Assembly: GCA_030390025.1 (NCBI GenBank)
Contig: CM059432.1
Location: 98,086,001-98,150,000, forward strand
DNA length: 64,000 nt
From: Squalus acanthias
Lineage: Eukaryota
Reading direction: 5' to 3'
The stretch's first letter is position 1; every line of letters starts with the position of its first letter. Below the pieces are notes generated by a model. It saw only the letters and a list, made by a program, of their open reading frames with translations, did no database searches and was not told the origin of the DNA. Shown one piece after another: positions 24,691-37,164 of this stretch. The position numbers were made by a program, and so were the translations under genes.

Positions 24691-26890
24691 GGGCTGGGGG
24701 GTCAGCGGGCGCGATCGGTGGTGGGTGGGGTGGGAAAGTGCTTTTTTTCCCCCAGCGGGTCGGAACCCCGCTGTGAACCCGTCGCCACGTACCTTTACCG
24801 AATGTCGGGTCTGTCAGCGCTGAGCAGACCCAACACGCAGTGGTGGGGGAGGCAATTAAAATCATTTGGCTTGTTTACAACCACTTAACAATGTTTTCTT
24901 CCCAGCCATTTGAATTTGACAGGTCACCCACCGGTTTCCCGCTGTGCCTAGACCTCGCCTGTGAAGCTGAGGCGGGAGGTCAGTGGCCATTGAATCAGCT
25001 GGTGAGTTGACAGCTTCAAATGTCAAGTCAAAACTCCCAGCTGATTGAGAAGTGTTCCCTTAACCATTAGCTTCTCTAAACTACATTTCCACTACAGATT
25101 CAGAATGCTGCAAGTCTTTACAGAAGTCTCCATCCAGTCTGACATCATTGCCTCTCCCACCATTGAGAGATCGCTTCTATCATCTCTACTTCACCTGCCA
25201 TCTATTCCATCATCATGGGTGCCCTTGAAACTCTCTCACCTTGGTCCTCAGAATCCCACCATAATCAGCCCCAACACCAGCATCACCAGGTACACCAGCA
25301 GCACCAGGCACACCAGCAGAACCAACAACAACACCAACCTTCTCAGCAATCAACTGATGCTGCACAGGACAGAGGGCATCAGCACCCGACCACATTGCTG
25401 CCTGGGAGGCCAAGGATGGCCTCACCATGGCCAGATTTACTTCACTTGACACAGTACACCCTGGCTGCCACATGATGCGCCAGGTTGGCACCACCCCACA
25501 CCAATACAATAAAGCATCCCTACAATGCCCAAGCCATCGCCATTGCGGGGGGTACCGTTATGTCTCACCATTCACTGCAACTCACTAAGCCACTTCCAAA
25601 GGTGCACACAAATCTGTCCAAGAATGCAAAGTGTTGAAAATAAATGTTTGACACCACATTAACAGAAACTTTATATGAACATCGCATTGCAAGAACACAC
25701 CATTTGCTGTAATTTCTGTTGTGACTTGACCAAACTTAAAAGTTGACCACATTTTATGGAACAGCATTCTTCGCAGGCCAAGAGAAGTTCTGCTGAACTT
25801 TTGTTTACAAATTACAGAACTGCTGTGGTTGCAAGTCGTTAATCACAGATAAGGGAGTATCAGACCTTGAGCAAGAACAGACTATCAATTGGTATGAAGC
25901 AGGGACGTCTTCAGGCTTTGGAATGTAACCGGCCTTGAAGCCCACGAAGGATTAAACGGACCGATGATAAGAGGATCTGAAAACTAAGTATTGACTATTC
26001 TTTGTATAGTTTGGGACACGTATGCTGTAGGAGGGTTGCCAAGTTTTAAGGTATAAAAGATGCTTTAAAAAGACACTCGGGGCTGCAGTTGGGCAACTTG
26101 GTCAGTTGCCAGGAATCATACGTCTAGTCTGACCACTCGCTGGTGTTAGTACGTATGTGGTGTTTGCTTATTTTCGCTTGAGCTTAGAGTAAAGGGATAG
26201 ATCTGTGTACGCCTAAGTATAATCAGGAATTGTTATACGCAACAGTACTATCGGATACTTACTTGTAAACTCTTGTTGATTTTGAAGTAAAAGAAACTTT
26301 TTCCCAGAATCCTTGGTCTTTGAGTTGTCTTTGTTTGACGGGTCTGAACTTTGGAACTGTTGGATGGGGCGAGGGGAGATTTCCGCACATCTTACAGCAT
26401 AAAACACCTCCAGTGCCTACCCTTGTGTGTTGTTAGTTGGAATGATTGCATTAGGATGAGGGTGAGTGTGAGGGGTGTCTAGTGAGATGGGGATGTGATA
26501 ATGTAGATAGAGAGGGATGGGTGGAGGTGCAAGGTAATTTGGTGTGAGTAAGGATGTGCAGGAGTAGGGTAGGGAAGGCAGAGTGATGAGAGGCACAGTA
26601 GGATGAGGTTGAGTGTGACTTTGTACTAATGTTTTGTGATCTACTGAGATCATTGAAATGTTTGCGGCACTACACCCAGGTCCTCCTGACCACATCCCTG
26701 CTGCTGACATCCTCTACAATCTGCAACCAGGCTGTCTTGGTCTCCTGAGGAGGTCTCTTCCGTCCATCGGAAGAGAAGAGGACCTCCCTGTGTGCTGTGA
26801 CTCCCTCCATAAGCATATGGAGGGAGTCATGGGAGAGCCTGGGCGCAGCCCTGAACCTATGTGCAGTGCTTGTCAGTGTTTGCAGCACCT
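24691..26890 (+). mobile_element. Non-autonomous Harbinger derivative (transposase N-terminal stub plus Myb exon 1 on minus), carrying a solo LTR
   Basis: MGA...Q-rich...AAQDRG stub resembles the 43613 transposase N-terminus; RAAPRL...EVLFSSDGRKRPPQETKTAW resembles 47001 exon 1; paralog at 55455-57130. Boundaries approximate. Confidence 0.78.
25688..26396 (+). mobile_element. Solo LTR (709 bp)
   Basis: Termini TGCAAGA...TCTTACA; 4-bp TSD GCAT (25684-25687, 26397-26400); TATAAAA at 26052; absent from the paralog near 56125. Confidence 0.85.
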
Positions 26891-26977
26891 CACGTCGCCT
26901 GCCATGGACCCGCCGAGGTTCATGAACTCCAGCCCAGTCAATCAGCCAGGCCCAGAGTGCACTGAATGAAAAACACA

Positions 26978-27876
26978 GTTTCTAAATTTGCAGACGACAC
27001 CAAATTGGGGGATAGTCAATACCAAGGAAGACTGCAACAAATTACAAGAAGACATTAATAAACTTGCAGAATGGGCAGATAATTGGCAAATGAAATTCAA
27101 CACAGATAAATGTGAGGTGATACATTTTGGTAAGAAAAATAGGGAGGTCACATATTACTTGGAAAATATGAATCTAAATGGAGTAGAAGAGCAAAGGGAT
27201 CTCTGAGTACAAATACACAAATCACTAATAGTAGCGACACAGGTTAACAAGGCCATAAAAAAAAGCAAACCAAGCACTCGGGTTTATTTCTAGAGGGATA
27301 GAATTAAAAAGTAGTGAAGTTATGCTAAACTTGTATCGAACTTTGTTTAGACTACACTTGGAGTACTGCTAACAATTCTGTCGCCATATTATAAAATTGA
27401 TATAGAGGCACTGGAGAGGGTGCAGAGAAGATTTACAAGGATGATACCAGAAATGCGAGGGCATATCTATCAGGAAAAGATGAACAGGCTGGGTCTCTTT
27501 TCAATTGAAAAGAGAAGGCTGAGGGGTGACCTAATAGAGGTCTTTAAAATTATGAAAGGTTTTGATAGAGTAGAGTAGATACAGAGAGAGTGGTGAATAG
27601 CAAAAGTAGAGGCCATCAATATAAGATAGTCACCAAGAAATCAAATAGGGAATTCAGAAGAAACTTCTTTACCCAGGGAGTGGTGAGAATGGAACTCGCT
27701 ACCACAGGGAATGGTTGAAGTGAATATTATAGATGCATTTAAGGGGCGGTTAGATAAGCATATGAGGGAGAAGGGAATAGAGTGTTATGCTGATAGAGTG
27801 GAGCATAAACACCGGCATGGACTGGTTGGGCCGAATGGCCTGTTTCTGTGCTGTATATCCTATGTAACCCTATGTA
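26978..27876 (+). mobile_element. CR1 LINE 3' fragment
   Basis: SKFADDT, WADNWQMKFNTDKCEVIHFG, EEQRDL; CR1 tail. Confidence 0.9.
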
Positions 27877-29128
27877 GCGACCGTGGCGAGCGGAGAAGTT
27901 GAAACCATTGCTGATGATGATAGTATGCTCATACCTAGTCCTTCTTCTCACATCTCACTTCCCCCTCATCCCATAATCTCTCTCACTTATAAGCTGTTGA
28001 TGGTGCATGCATGGATATCTTGCTTTCTCCCCCTCCCCTCACCACAACCTGACCTTTGTGCCTTTCTGCTTTCAGATACCCAAGAAGTGCCACCAGCACA
28101 GCCTGTCCCTCAACATCTTGAGCAAACTGATGGAGAAGAAGAAGAGACACTGCACTGTGTCTGACACTCGCAGACACTAGCTCAGAAAATGGCACAGCGC
28201 GGACTTTAGAGGGTAGATAGCGGCGGGATCTCCACGTGGTGAATCACCGGGCACAAGTGGGCTGCAGCCAGACCAGGGGAAAAGGGTAACTCGGGTGCCA
28301 GCTCCCCAGAGGGCGAGTTCGCGCATGAGTTCTGCTCCACGATTTGGTAGCCTTCAGAAGAAGGGTGATGGGCATGCACACGGAAATGCTAGCCTGCCAG
28401 AGAGCCTCTTGTCAGTGGGAAGGAGCATGGTGGAGTCCGGCACCAACATTGCATGGGGCTTTGCGCAGAGCTTGGAGCCCATGATTTCCAGGTTGGAAAT
28501 GATGGACAACTCCAGGAGAGACCTTGTGGACCCACAGATGATGCTGTGTGTAATGGGCGATCTCGCAGCTTAAACTGCCCCACAGGCAGAAGCGACCCAA
28601 TGTCTCACTGCTGCAGTGGAAGCGCAAACTGCTCTCCTGCAGGCTCAGCTCGCTCCCACACAAGCTCAGACTGCTGCCAGCGATGCTGGGTTTATGAGTG
28701 TCGAAAGGGGCTTGCAGGTTGTCACAGAAAGCCAGCAATCTGTCCTTCAATAGATTGCTAGGAATGCTGAGGCACCACCCCGGGGGAGTGGCAGTGGGTC
28801 TGTGGAGCAAGAATCTGCTGTCCTCTCTCAGGATGACAGCATTCCTATTCCCACCAGTGCCACTCCACCATTGCCCTTGCTGCTGCCTATCAACCAGCCA
28901 GCCCAGACTGCTGCCACCCATATCAAGGTGGTGCAGTCTACAGCCGAGCCTTCTCGGACCAGAGCTGTTCGAGGTCGTCCTGCAAGCCCATCTGTAGTCT
29001 CCCCCACTGAAAGTCAGCAGCCTTCCGCCAGCCATGCTGCAGCCACTGGGGGAGCACTGCATAGGAGCACTAGAGTAGGAAAAGGCACACGAGCGACAGG
29101 CACTAAGGGAATGCACAAAGGTGAATAG
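27877..29128 (+). pseudogene. Myb-like gene remnant (end of exon 2 and exon 3)
   Basis: Acceptor CTGCTTTCAG as in the 12257 element; AVLSQDDSIP...RGRP...QQPSAS...LHRSTR aligns with the 14230 ORF. Confidence 0.78.
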
Positions 29129-29530
29129 TTGATATTGTCACTTGATTTGAATTTGATAAATTTATGAATTATGTTTGGAATATGTGTTTGGTGGTGGCTC
29201 TCATTTCAGCTTTGTGCCCAGGAGGACGCAGTGATGTTCCGTGACAGAGGGATGGTATGAAAACGGTGGGGGTCTGGAACTCACTGCCTGAAAGGGTGCG
29301 AGGGAGAAACCCTCATCGCATTTAAAAAGTACTTGGATATGCATTTGAAGTGCCGTAAATTGCAAGGCTACGGACCAAGAGCTGGAAAGTGGGTTTAGGC
29401 TGGATAGCTCTATATCAACCGGTGTAGACACGATAGGCCGAATGGCCTCCTTCTGTGCTGTAAATGTCTATGATTCTATGATTCTATGATTCTATGATGG
29501 GCAAGTGGTGAGCAACAGGGATCTAGGGTT

Positions 29531-30742
29531 TCATTCAGTCGAATAGGAGTCTGATGCGGTGTTCACGGATAGCCCGTCCGGAACGGAGATTTGCTGCCTG
29601 CCTGCTCACTTCCTCTTCTTCCTCCTCCTCTTCCTCCTCCTGAGATGGTCCCGCAACCCCTACTGCCTTCATGATGGCCAAGTTGTGGAGCATGTAGCAG
29701 ACCACCACGAAATGGACACCAGCTCCGGCGAGTACTGGAAGGATCCTACCAAGCGGTCAAGGCAGCGGAACCATTGCTTGAGCACCCCGATGGTCTGCTC
29801 GATGAGGTTCCTCATGGCAGCATGGCTCTCATTATATGATTGCTGGCCACGAGTGGTGGGGTTGTGGAGGGGAGTCATCACCCAGGTGTAGAGTGGGTAG
29901 CCCTTGTCTTCGAGCAGCCACCTCGGGTTTGACATAGTGGCTGGAAGATTGCTGGCACAGCAGACTGCTGCAGAATGAAAGCATCCTGACTGCATTCGCC
30001 ATCATGATGTGCTGGGTGTGGTCGCACAACAACTGCACATTAAATGAGTGGTAGCCTTTGGAGTTATGGAAATCTCAGGATTGTTACACGGTGCCCATAA
30101 AGCCACGTGTGTGCAGTCGATAGCGCCTGCACCATGGGGGAGCCCGCTATCGTGGCAAAACCACAAGCGCGCTCCTCCTGCTTCTCTCTGTTCAGAGAGA
30201 AAACAACGAAGGGTCACAGACCTGAAATGTTAACTCTGTTTTTCGCTCTCCACAGAAGCTGCCTGACCTGCTGAGTGTTTCCAGCATTTTCTGTTGTTAT
30301 TAATGAAGTCCCTTCTCCTGGAGTACAGAGCCTCTGTGACCTCCCGGATGCAACGATGAATGGAGAACTGGGAGATGTTAGCTATGTGTCCAGCTGCAGA
30401 CTGGAAGGATACACTGGCAAAAAAATTGAGGGCCACGGTGACCTTGAGGGCCACTGGGAGAGCCGTGTTCGCCATGCTCTGAGGCTGCAGGTCTGGTTGC
30501 AGGAGGTGGCAGGGTTCTGTGACCACCTCCTTGGTGAAGCGGGGCCTCCAAATACACTGCTCCTCACTTAAGTGGAGGTAGGAGAAGTTTTCTCGGAAGA
30601 CCCTAGGTGGGTAATGTCTCCTGTTAAGAGCCCTCCTGGCCCTCCTCCTCCCTCTGTGAGCAGCTTCTCCTCTTCTTTGCTGCCTCAGCTCCATCTCCGA
30701 ATGATACTTGAGTGCGAGGGGGACTGCAAGTAGAGCCCCCAT
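29531..30742 (-). pseudogene. Harbinger transposase, frameshifted, with a Penelope insertion
   Basis: YPPRVFRENFSYLHLSEEQC, LKVTVALNFFA, GAIDCTHVAL, WLLEDKGYPL, IEQTIGVLKQWFRCLD. Confidence 0.88.
30205..30300 (+). mobile_element. Penelope terminal-repeat fragment (same family as 61361)
   Basis: Matches the right arm of the 61361 fold-back; the hammerhead CUGA core is missing. Confidence 0.75.
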
Positions 30743-31026
30743 GACTGTGAGCAAGTGGTGTGAGCAGAAGCCTTTAATTGAGAAGCAAGGCATTCTGCAC
30801 TTGCAGCAATAAGCAATACTCACTGTGACCTCAGCAACTTTAAGCAAGTTTAGAAAGCTCCAAAGAGTTGCAGAAACTTAGACAGAGCCAGTGGAACTGA
30901 AAAAGCATGTCAGCTGCAAGTTGTTGATGATTCCTTTAAATAGCGCTGCTGGGGCCTCCTGCCTGCTGCTGAACTGATTAGGAGAGGGCGTTAAGTGCAG
31001 CGCCGACATCCAAAATGGCAAATCAT

Positions 31027-31769
31027 GGCCTAGAAATTCACGTGGCCGGCTTGCCACGGGGGTAAGGATCGCGCGCGCTCTTACCCACCGCGACTGCTGT
31101 TGTGTTTTGGGCCCACAGGAACTTCCAAGAGCCGGCGCGCAGTGCTTGCGTGTTCCAGGGGCGCAGTTAGTGCGAGGCGACCCCTGGGATCGCGTGGGCC
31201 ATGGAGAGCCAATGGCAGCAGACCATCTTTCATTCATAGATTTGACAGGAGACCTGTCAAATCTGTGAATTGAAATCGGCCCCAAAAGAACAGCTAAACT
31301 TAAAATAAATTTTTAAAAAAACCATCACATTTATAAAATAACTATAGTTAAATAAATTAACCACTTTAAACAAAAATGTAAATTTTTGAAAAAATTAAAA
31401 TACTTTTTAAAAGTTATAAAAATAAACTTACCTTTCTTTAAAGTATCTAAAAAAGATAAACCTGTTGAAAATTTTTTAAAATTATACTTAATTAACTACC
31501 TTGTTCAAAAGGGGTCTTACGCCTCCTTTTTATTAGCGTAGAATCTTCAATACTTACCCTTGCGTGGAAACCTGAAAATAAATCTAAGTGTGCTGCGTGT
31601 GCGCAGCCTCTAGCGTGCACGTGGTTCACCTAGGAACCGCCCCCTTCACCATAACGGAAGTTCCGGTTTCCCGCGCATGCGCAGTGCATGCAGGAAACCG
31701 GCACTTCGGAAAACAATATGGGTGAGTACGCACTGAGTACTCACCCGGGAACGGACGAATTTTTGGGCC
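31027..31769. mobile_element. Harbinger MITE with AT-rich core, inserted in the promoter end of the 27877-31980 element
   Basis: TIRs GGCCTAGAAATTC / GAATTTTTGGGCC; TSD CAT (31024-31026, 31770-31772). Confidence 0.85.
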
Positions 31770-32074
31770 CATGCATCAAATCAGCATTGCACACTCATTG
31801 ACGTCACAATCTGCATAATCTAAATATCTGGAGCGAGCGCAGGCAATGGCAGCGCTGCTGACCTTCCCAAAATGGCGGCAGCCGGGCGACCTGCCGGAAG
31901 CAGGCGGAACTGAGTTGGCCGCCGTTTTATCTACAAAACGGGCCTTAACAGCTGGTGCTAAACCCTCGAATTTCTAGGCCTGTAAATTTTATAATCATGT
32001 AAAACAACTGATAAAAAAAGAGGAAGGTTTTGAGGAGGGAAATGATAAGAATAAACAAATAAATAAATCCTGTA

Positions 32075-34828
32075 TTTTTTTAATTTGCTTATGGGATCTG
32101 GGCGTCGCTGGCAAGTCCAACATTTATTGCCCATCCCTAGTTGCCCTTGAGAAGGTGGTGGTGAGCTGCCTTCTTGAACCGCTGCAGTCTGTGTGGTGAA
32201 GGTACTCCCACAGTGCTGTTAGGGAGGGAGTTCCAGGATTTTGACCCAGCGACGATGAAGGAGCGGCGATATACTTCTAAGTCAGGATGGTGTGTGACTT
32301 GGAGGGGAACTTGGAGGTGGTGGTGTTCCCATGCGCCTGCTGCCCTTGTCCTTCTAGGTGGTAGAGGTCGCGGGTTTGGGAGGTGCTGCCGAAGAAGCCT
32401 TGACGAGTTGCTGCAGTGCATCTTGTAGATGGTACACACTGCAGCCACGGTACGCCGGTGGTGGAGGGAGTGAATGTTTAAGGTAGTGGATGGGGTGCCA
32501 AATAAATGGGTTGCTTTGTCCTGGATGGTGTCGAGCTTCTTGAGTGTTGTTGGAGCTGCACTCATCCAGGCAAGTGGAGAGTATTCCATCACACTCCTTA
32601 CTTGTGCTTGTAGATGGTGGAAAGGCTTTGGGGAGTCAGGAGGTGAGACACTCACCACAGAATACCTAGCCTCTGACCTGTTCTTGTTGCCACAGTATTT
32701 ATGTGGCTGGTCCAGTTAAGTTTCTGGTCAATGGTGACCCCCAGGATGTTGATGGTGGGGGATTCGGCGATGGTAATGTCGTTGAATATCAAGGGGTGGT
32801 GGTTATACTCTAGCTTGTTGGAGATAGTCATTGCCTGGCACTTCTGTGGCACAAATGTTACCTGCCACTTATCAGCCCAAGCCTGAACGTCATCCAGGTC
32901 TTGTTGCATGCGGGCATGGACTGCTTCATTATCTGAGGAGTTGTGAATGGCACTGAGCACTGTGCATTCATCAGCGAACATCCTCATTTCTGACCTTATG
33001 TTGGAGGGAAGGTCATTGATGAAGCAACTGAAGATGGTTGGGCCTAGGACACTGCCCTGAGGAACTCCTGCAGCGATGTCCTGGAGCTGTGATGATTGAC
33101 CTTCAATCACCACAACCATCTTCCTTTGTGCTAGGTATGACTCCAACAGTGGAGAGTTTTCCCCCCGATTCCCATTGACTTCAGTTTAACTAGGGCTTCT
33201 TGATGCCACACTCGGTCAAATGCTGCCTTGATGTCAAGGGCAATCACTCTCACCTCACCGCTGGAATTCAGCTCCTTTGTCCATATTTGGACCAAGGTTT
33301 TAATGAGGTCGGGAGCCGAGTGGTCTTGGCGGAACCCAAACTGGGCATCAGTGAGCAGGTTATTGGTGAGTAAGTGCCGCTTGATAGCACTGTCGATGAA
33401 ACCTTCCATCACTTTGCTGATGATTGAGAGTAGACTGATGGGGCAGTAATTGGCCGGATTGGATTTGTCCTGCTTTTTGTGGAAAGGACATACCTGGGCA
33501 GTTGTTCACATTGTCGGATAGATGCCAGTGTTGTAGCTGTACTGGAACAGCTTGGCTAGAGGCGCAGCTAGTTCTGGAGCACAAGTCTTCAGCACGACAG
33601 CCGGGATGTTGTCGGGGCCCATAGCCTTTGCTGTATCCAGTATGCTCAGCCGTTTCTTCATATCACGTGGAGTGAATCAAATTGGCTGAAGACTGGCTTC
33701 TGTGATGGTGGGGACCTCAGGAGGAGGCCGATATGGATCATCTACTCGGCACTTCTGGCTGAAGATGTTTACAAACGCTTCAGCCTTGTCTTTAGCACTC
33801 ACGTGCTGGGCTCCACCATCATTGAGGATGGGGATATTGATGGAGCCTCCTCCTCCCTTTAGTTGTTTAATTGTCCACCACCATTCACGACTGGATGTGG
33901 CAGGACTGCATAGCTTTAATCTGATCCATTGATTGTGGGATCACTTAGCCCTGTCTATAGCATGCTGTTTCCACTTTTTAGCATGCATGTAATCCTGTGT
34001 TGCAGCTTCCCCAGGTTGGCACCTCATATTTAGGTATGCCTGGTGCTGCTCCTGGCATGCTCTTCTACACTCCTTATTGAACCAGGGTTTGTCCCCTGGC
34101 TTGGTGGTAATGGTAGAGTGAGGGATATGCCAGGCCATTAGGTTACAGATTGTGGTGGAGTACAATTCTGCTGCTGCTGATGGCCTACAGCACCTCTTGG
34201 ATGCCCAGTTTTGACCTGCTAGATCTGTTCTGAATCTATCCCATTTAGCACGGTGGTAGTGCCACACAACACGATGGAGGGTGTCCTCAGTGTGAAGACG
34301 AGATTTTATCTCCACAAGGATTGTACGGTGGTCATTGAAGTTCCCGACCCAGAGTACACTCTGTGCCTTGCTACCCTGTGTGCTTCTTCCAAGTGGTGTT
34401 CAACATGGAGAGTACTGATTCATCAGCTGAGGGAGGGCGGTAGGTGATAATCAGCAGGAGGTTTCCTTGCCTTTGCTTGACCTGAAGCCATGAGACTTCA
34501 TGGGGTCCGGAGTCAATGGTGAGGACTCCTAGGGCCACTCCTTCCCGACTGTATACCACTGTGCCGCCACCTCTGGTGGGTCTGTCCTGCTGGTGGGACA
34601 GGGATGGCAATGGAGGAATCTGGGACATTGACTGAAAGGTATAATTCTGTGAGCGTGACTATGTCAGACTGTTGCTTGTCTAGTCTGTGGGACAGCGCTC
34701 CCAATTTTGGCACAAGTCCCCAGATGTTGGTGAGGAGGACTTTGCAGGGTTGACTGGGCTGGGTGTGCTGTTGTCATGTCCGAAGCTGGTGCCGAGGTCG
34801 ATGCTGGGTGGTCCATTCGGTTTTATTC
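32075..34828 (-). mobile_element. CR1/L2-group LINE, endonuclease plus RT, disrupted
   Basis: QFGFRQ, ALDIKAAFDRVWH, GVPQGSVLGP, FADE; AATAAA, stem-loop and A-rich 3' end; paralog at 37165. Confidence 0.92.
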
Positions 34829-34829
34829 A

Positions 34830-35276
34830 GTTTTAAGAGCTGAATAGTTACATTTGGGACTTCTTTTAAAGTTAAATATTTTTTTAAGTCAGTAAGGGCT
34901 GAAAACTGCATTGTTTCACTTAATTTTAATTTGTATTACTTCAGTGTCCATATCCCTTTTAATTCTCAGACCTCTTATTTTTTTCATTTCAGAAAGCAGT
35001 TCCCCTTTAAGAGACCGATCTGCTTTCTGAAATGACAGCCTAGCTTTCAGATCAGGCTGTTCTCGCTGCAATGATGCTACGGCATCACTACATTGGGGCC
35101 TACTGCCGTGACGAAAGCCACCAGGACGGCGTTGCATGGTGAGTTTAGCACTGGCCTAATGCTAAATAGTCCCCAGCGCCAATTTTTTGGTCCTGCCAGC
35201 GTCACCTTTTTTGGTGGCCGTTAACACCGACCCGCGGTGGCACCAGCAGGTTTTTAGCGTTGTTGAATTTTTAGCC
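34830..35276. mobile_element. Partial Harbinger-type MITE (right end)
   Basis: Ends GAATTTTTAGCC, like the TIRs at 31769 and 31980; left end not found. Confidence 0.5.
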
Positions 35277-35758
35277 AGTAGAATGATATCGCACAGAAGG
35301 AAGTCATTCAGCCCATCGTGTCTGTGTCGGCTCTTTGAAAGAGCTATCTAATTACTCCCCTGCTCTTTGCCCATTTCCCTGCCTTTATAAATTGGACATC
35401 TATATAATCACTATTTCAAATGGCAAAATTCAAGCAACCTTCTGCATGAATATATTAATGCGAGCAGAACCAGAGGAACCCACAGCATAAAAAGAGCACC
35501 ACATGTAGCAGAGTATTCCAGAAACTGTGATACAAGCATCTTGGAATATGAAGCAGCCTGCCAATCAGTGTATAAAATGGGAATAGAGAATTGGCATGGA
35601 GGAAGAAAGAAAGCACTAGATAAAAAATAAATAAAATGGAAGAAGTTTAGTTCTGTGGTCAGAGCAATATTTCGGCAGTTTTGCTTTTTTATGCAAAAAA
35701 AGTCCAAAATTGGTGACAAGAGGAATTAAGTAAAGATATTCGGAGTTAATTTTATTTA

Positions 35759-36090
35759 CAGGAAACTCTCTTTTAACCGGCAACATTTTTGAGTAGGTAA
35801 CCGGGGTTTTCCTTCATCTCTCCTTTAAAAATAACTTTAAAAAAATCCCCGAGGCATTTGCCTTGTGTCGGAGCATGTAGATTGGGAGGGGAATGTGCAG
35901 CCCGGGTAGGCAGCGGACACGACAGATGGTCAGCTGGCGGTCCCCAGGGAGACGGAGCTCCGAATGCAGGCGCATGTCAGTGTGTACGGGGCTCTCGTAC
36001 GTTGGGAGATATAACTCTCCATTATCCGGACTTTTTGATTAACTGGCACCACGCCGGTCCCGTCGGTGCCGGTTAATAAAGAGTTTCCTG
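35759..36090. mobile_element. Tc1/mariner (pogo/Tigger-like) MITE
   Basis: 24-bp TIR CAGGAAACTCTCTTTTAACCGGCA with 2 mismatches; TA on both sides; internal copies of the TIR motif at ~36012-36050. Confidence 0.85.
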
Positions 36091-36632
36091 TATTGTAATT
36101 TTGTGATTATATGCATACATGTATCCTATCTATAGTCTTACTGAGGGATTGGGTTCTGAGCTCAACCGATGCAGTACAGGGTGACACTTTAGACTGGATG
36201 CTGCATTGCCCATAGAAAATGTATTTTAGCATTACAATTCCCTCGGGCTAACTGTAAGAGAAACGGAGAGCACTCTGAATCACAACCACATTATAACTAG
36301 CTGCAAAGAGGAGGCCTGCTATTTCATACCAGTATGGTGAGTAGGTTGGCTCTGTGGATGGGAGGTAAATTCAGTAATCTCCTTGGCTGAAATTTGAAGT
36401 GGGGGATCCAAAGATGGAAAATGAATGTAACCTGGTCACCAAAGCCAAACTTAACTGGAGCAGCACACACAAAAGCTATAGATATAAAAGTATCAATGTT
36501 AAGGACACGGCCAAAAATTAAAAAAAGAATAAGCCCTCCATGTATAGAAACGACTGAGCATGAATGTTTGATATCAAAGCAGCAAAGTAAAACAAAGTGG
36601 TTTTTTTCACCTGTTAGATCAGACATTTCCTA

Positions 36633-37114
36633 GAGCTCCCATTTTAACTGGGACTGCAAGTGCAGCATGGGTGGGTGGGTGAGGAGACGATCAACCAGTC
36701 ATGCTGGTGAGAGGCTAAAGCCATTTTAACTCCAGACCTCATCACCATATTTGGAATCAGACTCCCACCTGAAGCTGGTGGGAATGAGCTGATATTCGAT
36801 GGGTGGGAGCGGGAAATCGCTGGGGATTCAAGGCAATGGTCCCCAATGATGGAAGTGATGAGGCGGTTGAGTTCAAGACAGGGAAATGGAAGCCCATAGC
36901 AAGCGAGATCCAAGGATTGTGGGGCCCAAAGGAGCACTCATTGGACCCCGACTTGTCAATATTTATGAGCCCCTCGCCTGCCTGTGGTAGGGCCTCCGAT
37001 GCAGTTAAAATGGTGCAGAGCATGAGTGCGGTGCGAACAAGGTATCATGCTGCCTGGATTTTAAACCACCACATGCCCTGTTCTCGGCAGGCGAAGGGGG
37101 TTAAAATCGAGCCT
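36633..37114. mobile_element. Harbinger-type MITE (ATTTTAAC family), decayed
   Basis: Ends GAGCTCCCATTTTAAC / GTTAAAATCGAGCCT; internal ATTTTAAC/GTTAAAAT motifs. Confidence 0.65.
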
Positions 37115-37164
37115 CCAGTCTTAAAACTCCTGCAAGATATAATCCTGCCTTTGATGAATATATT

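Larger units (their letters stand above)
27877..31980 (-). mobile_element. Decayed Harbinger element (transposase on -, Myb-like exons 2-3 on +), left end lost
   Basis: Right TIR GAATTTCTAGGCC ends at 31980; both genes homologous to those of 12257-16517; nested CR1 tail (~29270-29497), Penelope fragment and MITE. Confidence 0.8.

Noticed and set aside
31272..31283. GAAATCGGCCCC as the right TIR of the decayed Harbinger
   Set aside because: It lies inside the 31027-31769 MITE; the element continues to 31980
35411..35719. Hydrophobic 102-aa ORF as a host exon
   Set aside because: No recognisable homology and no convincing donor site
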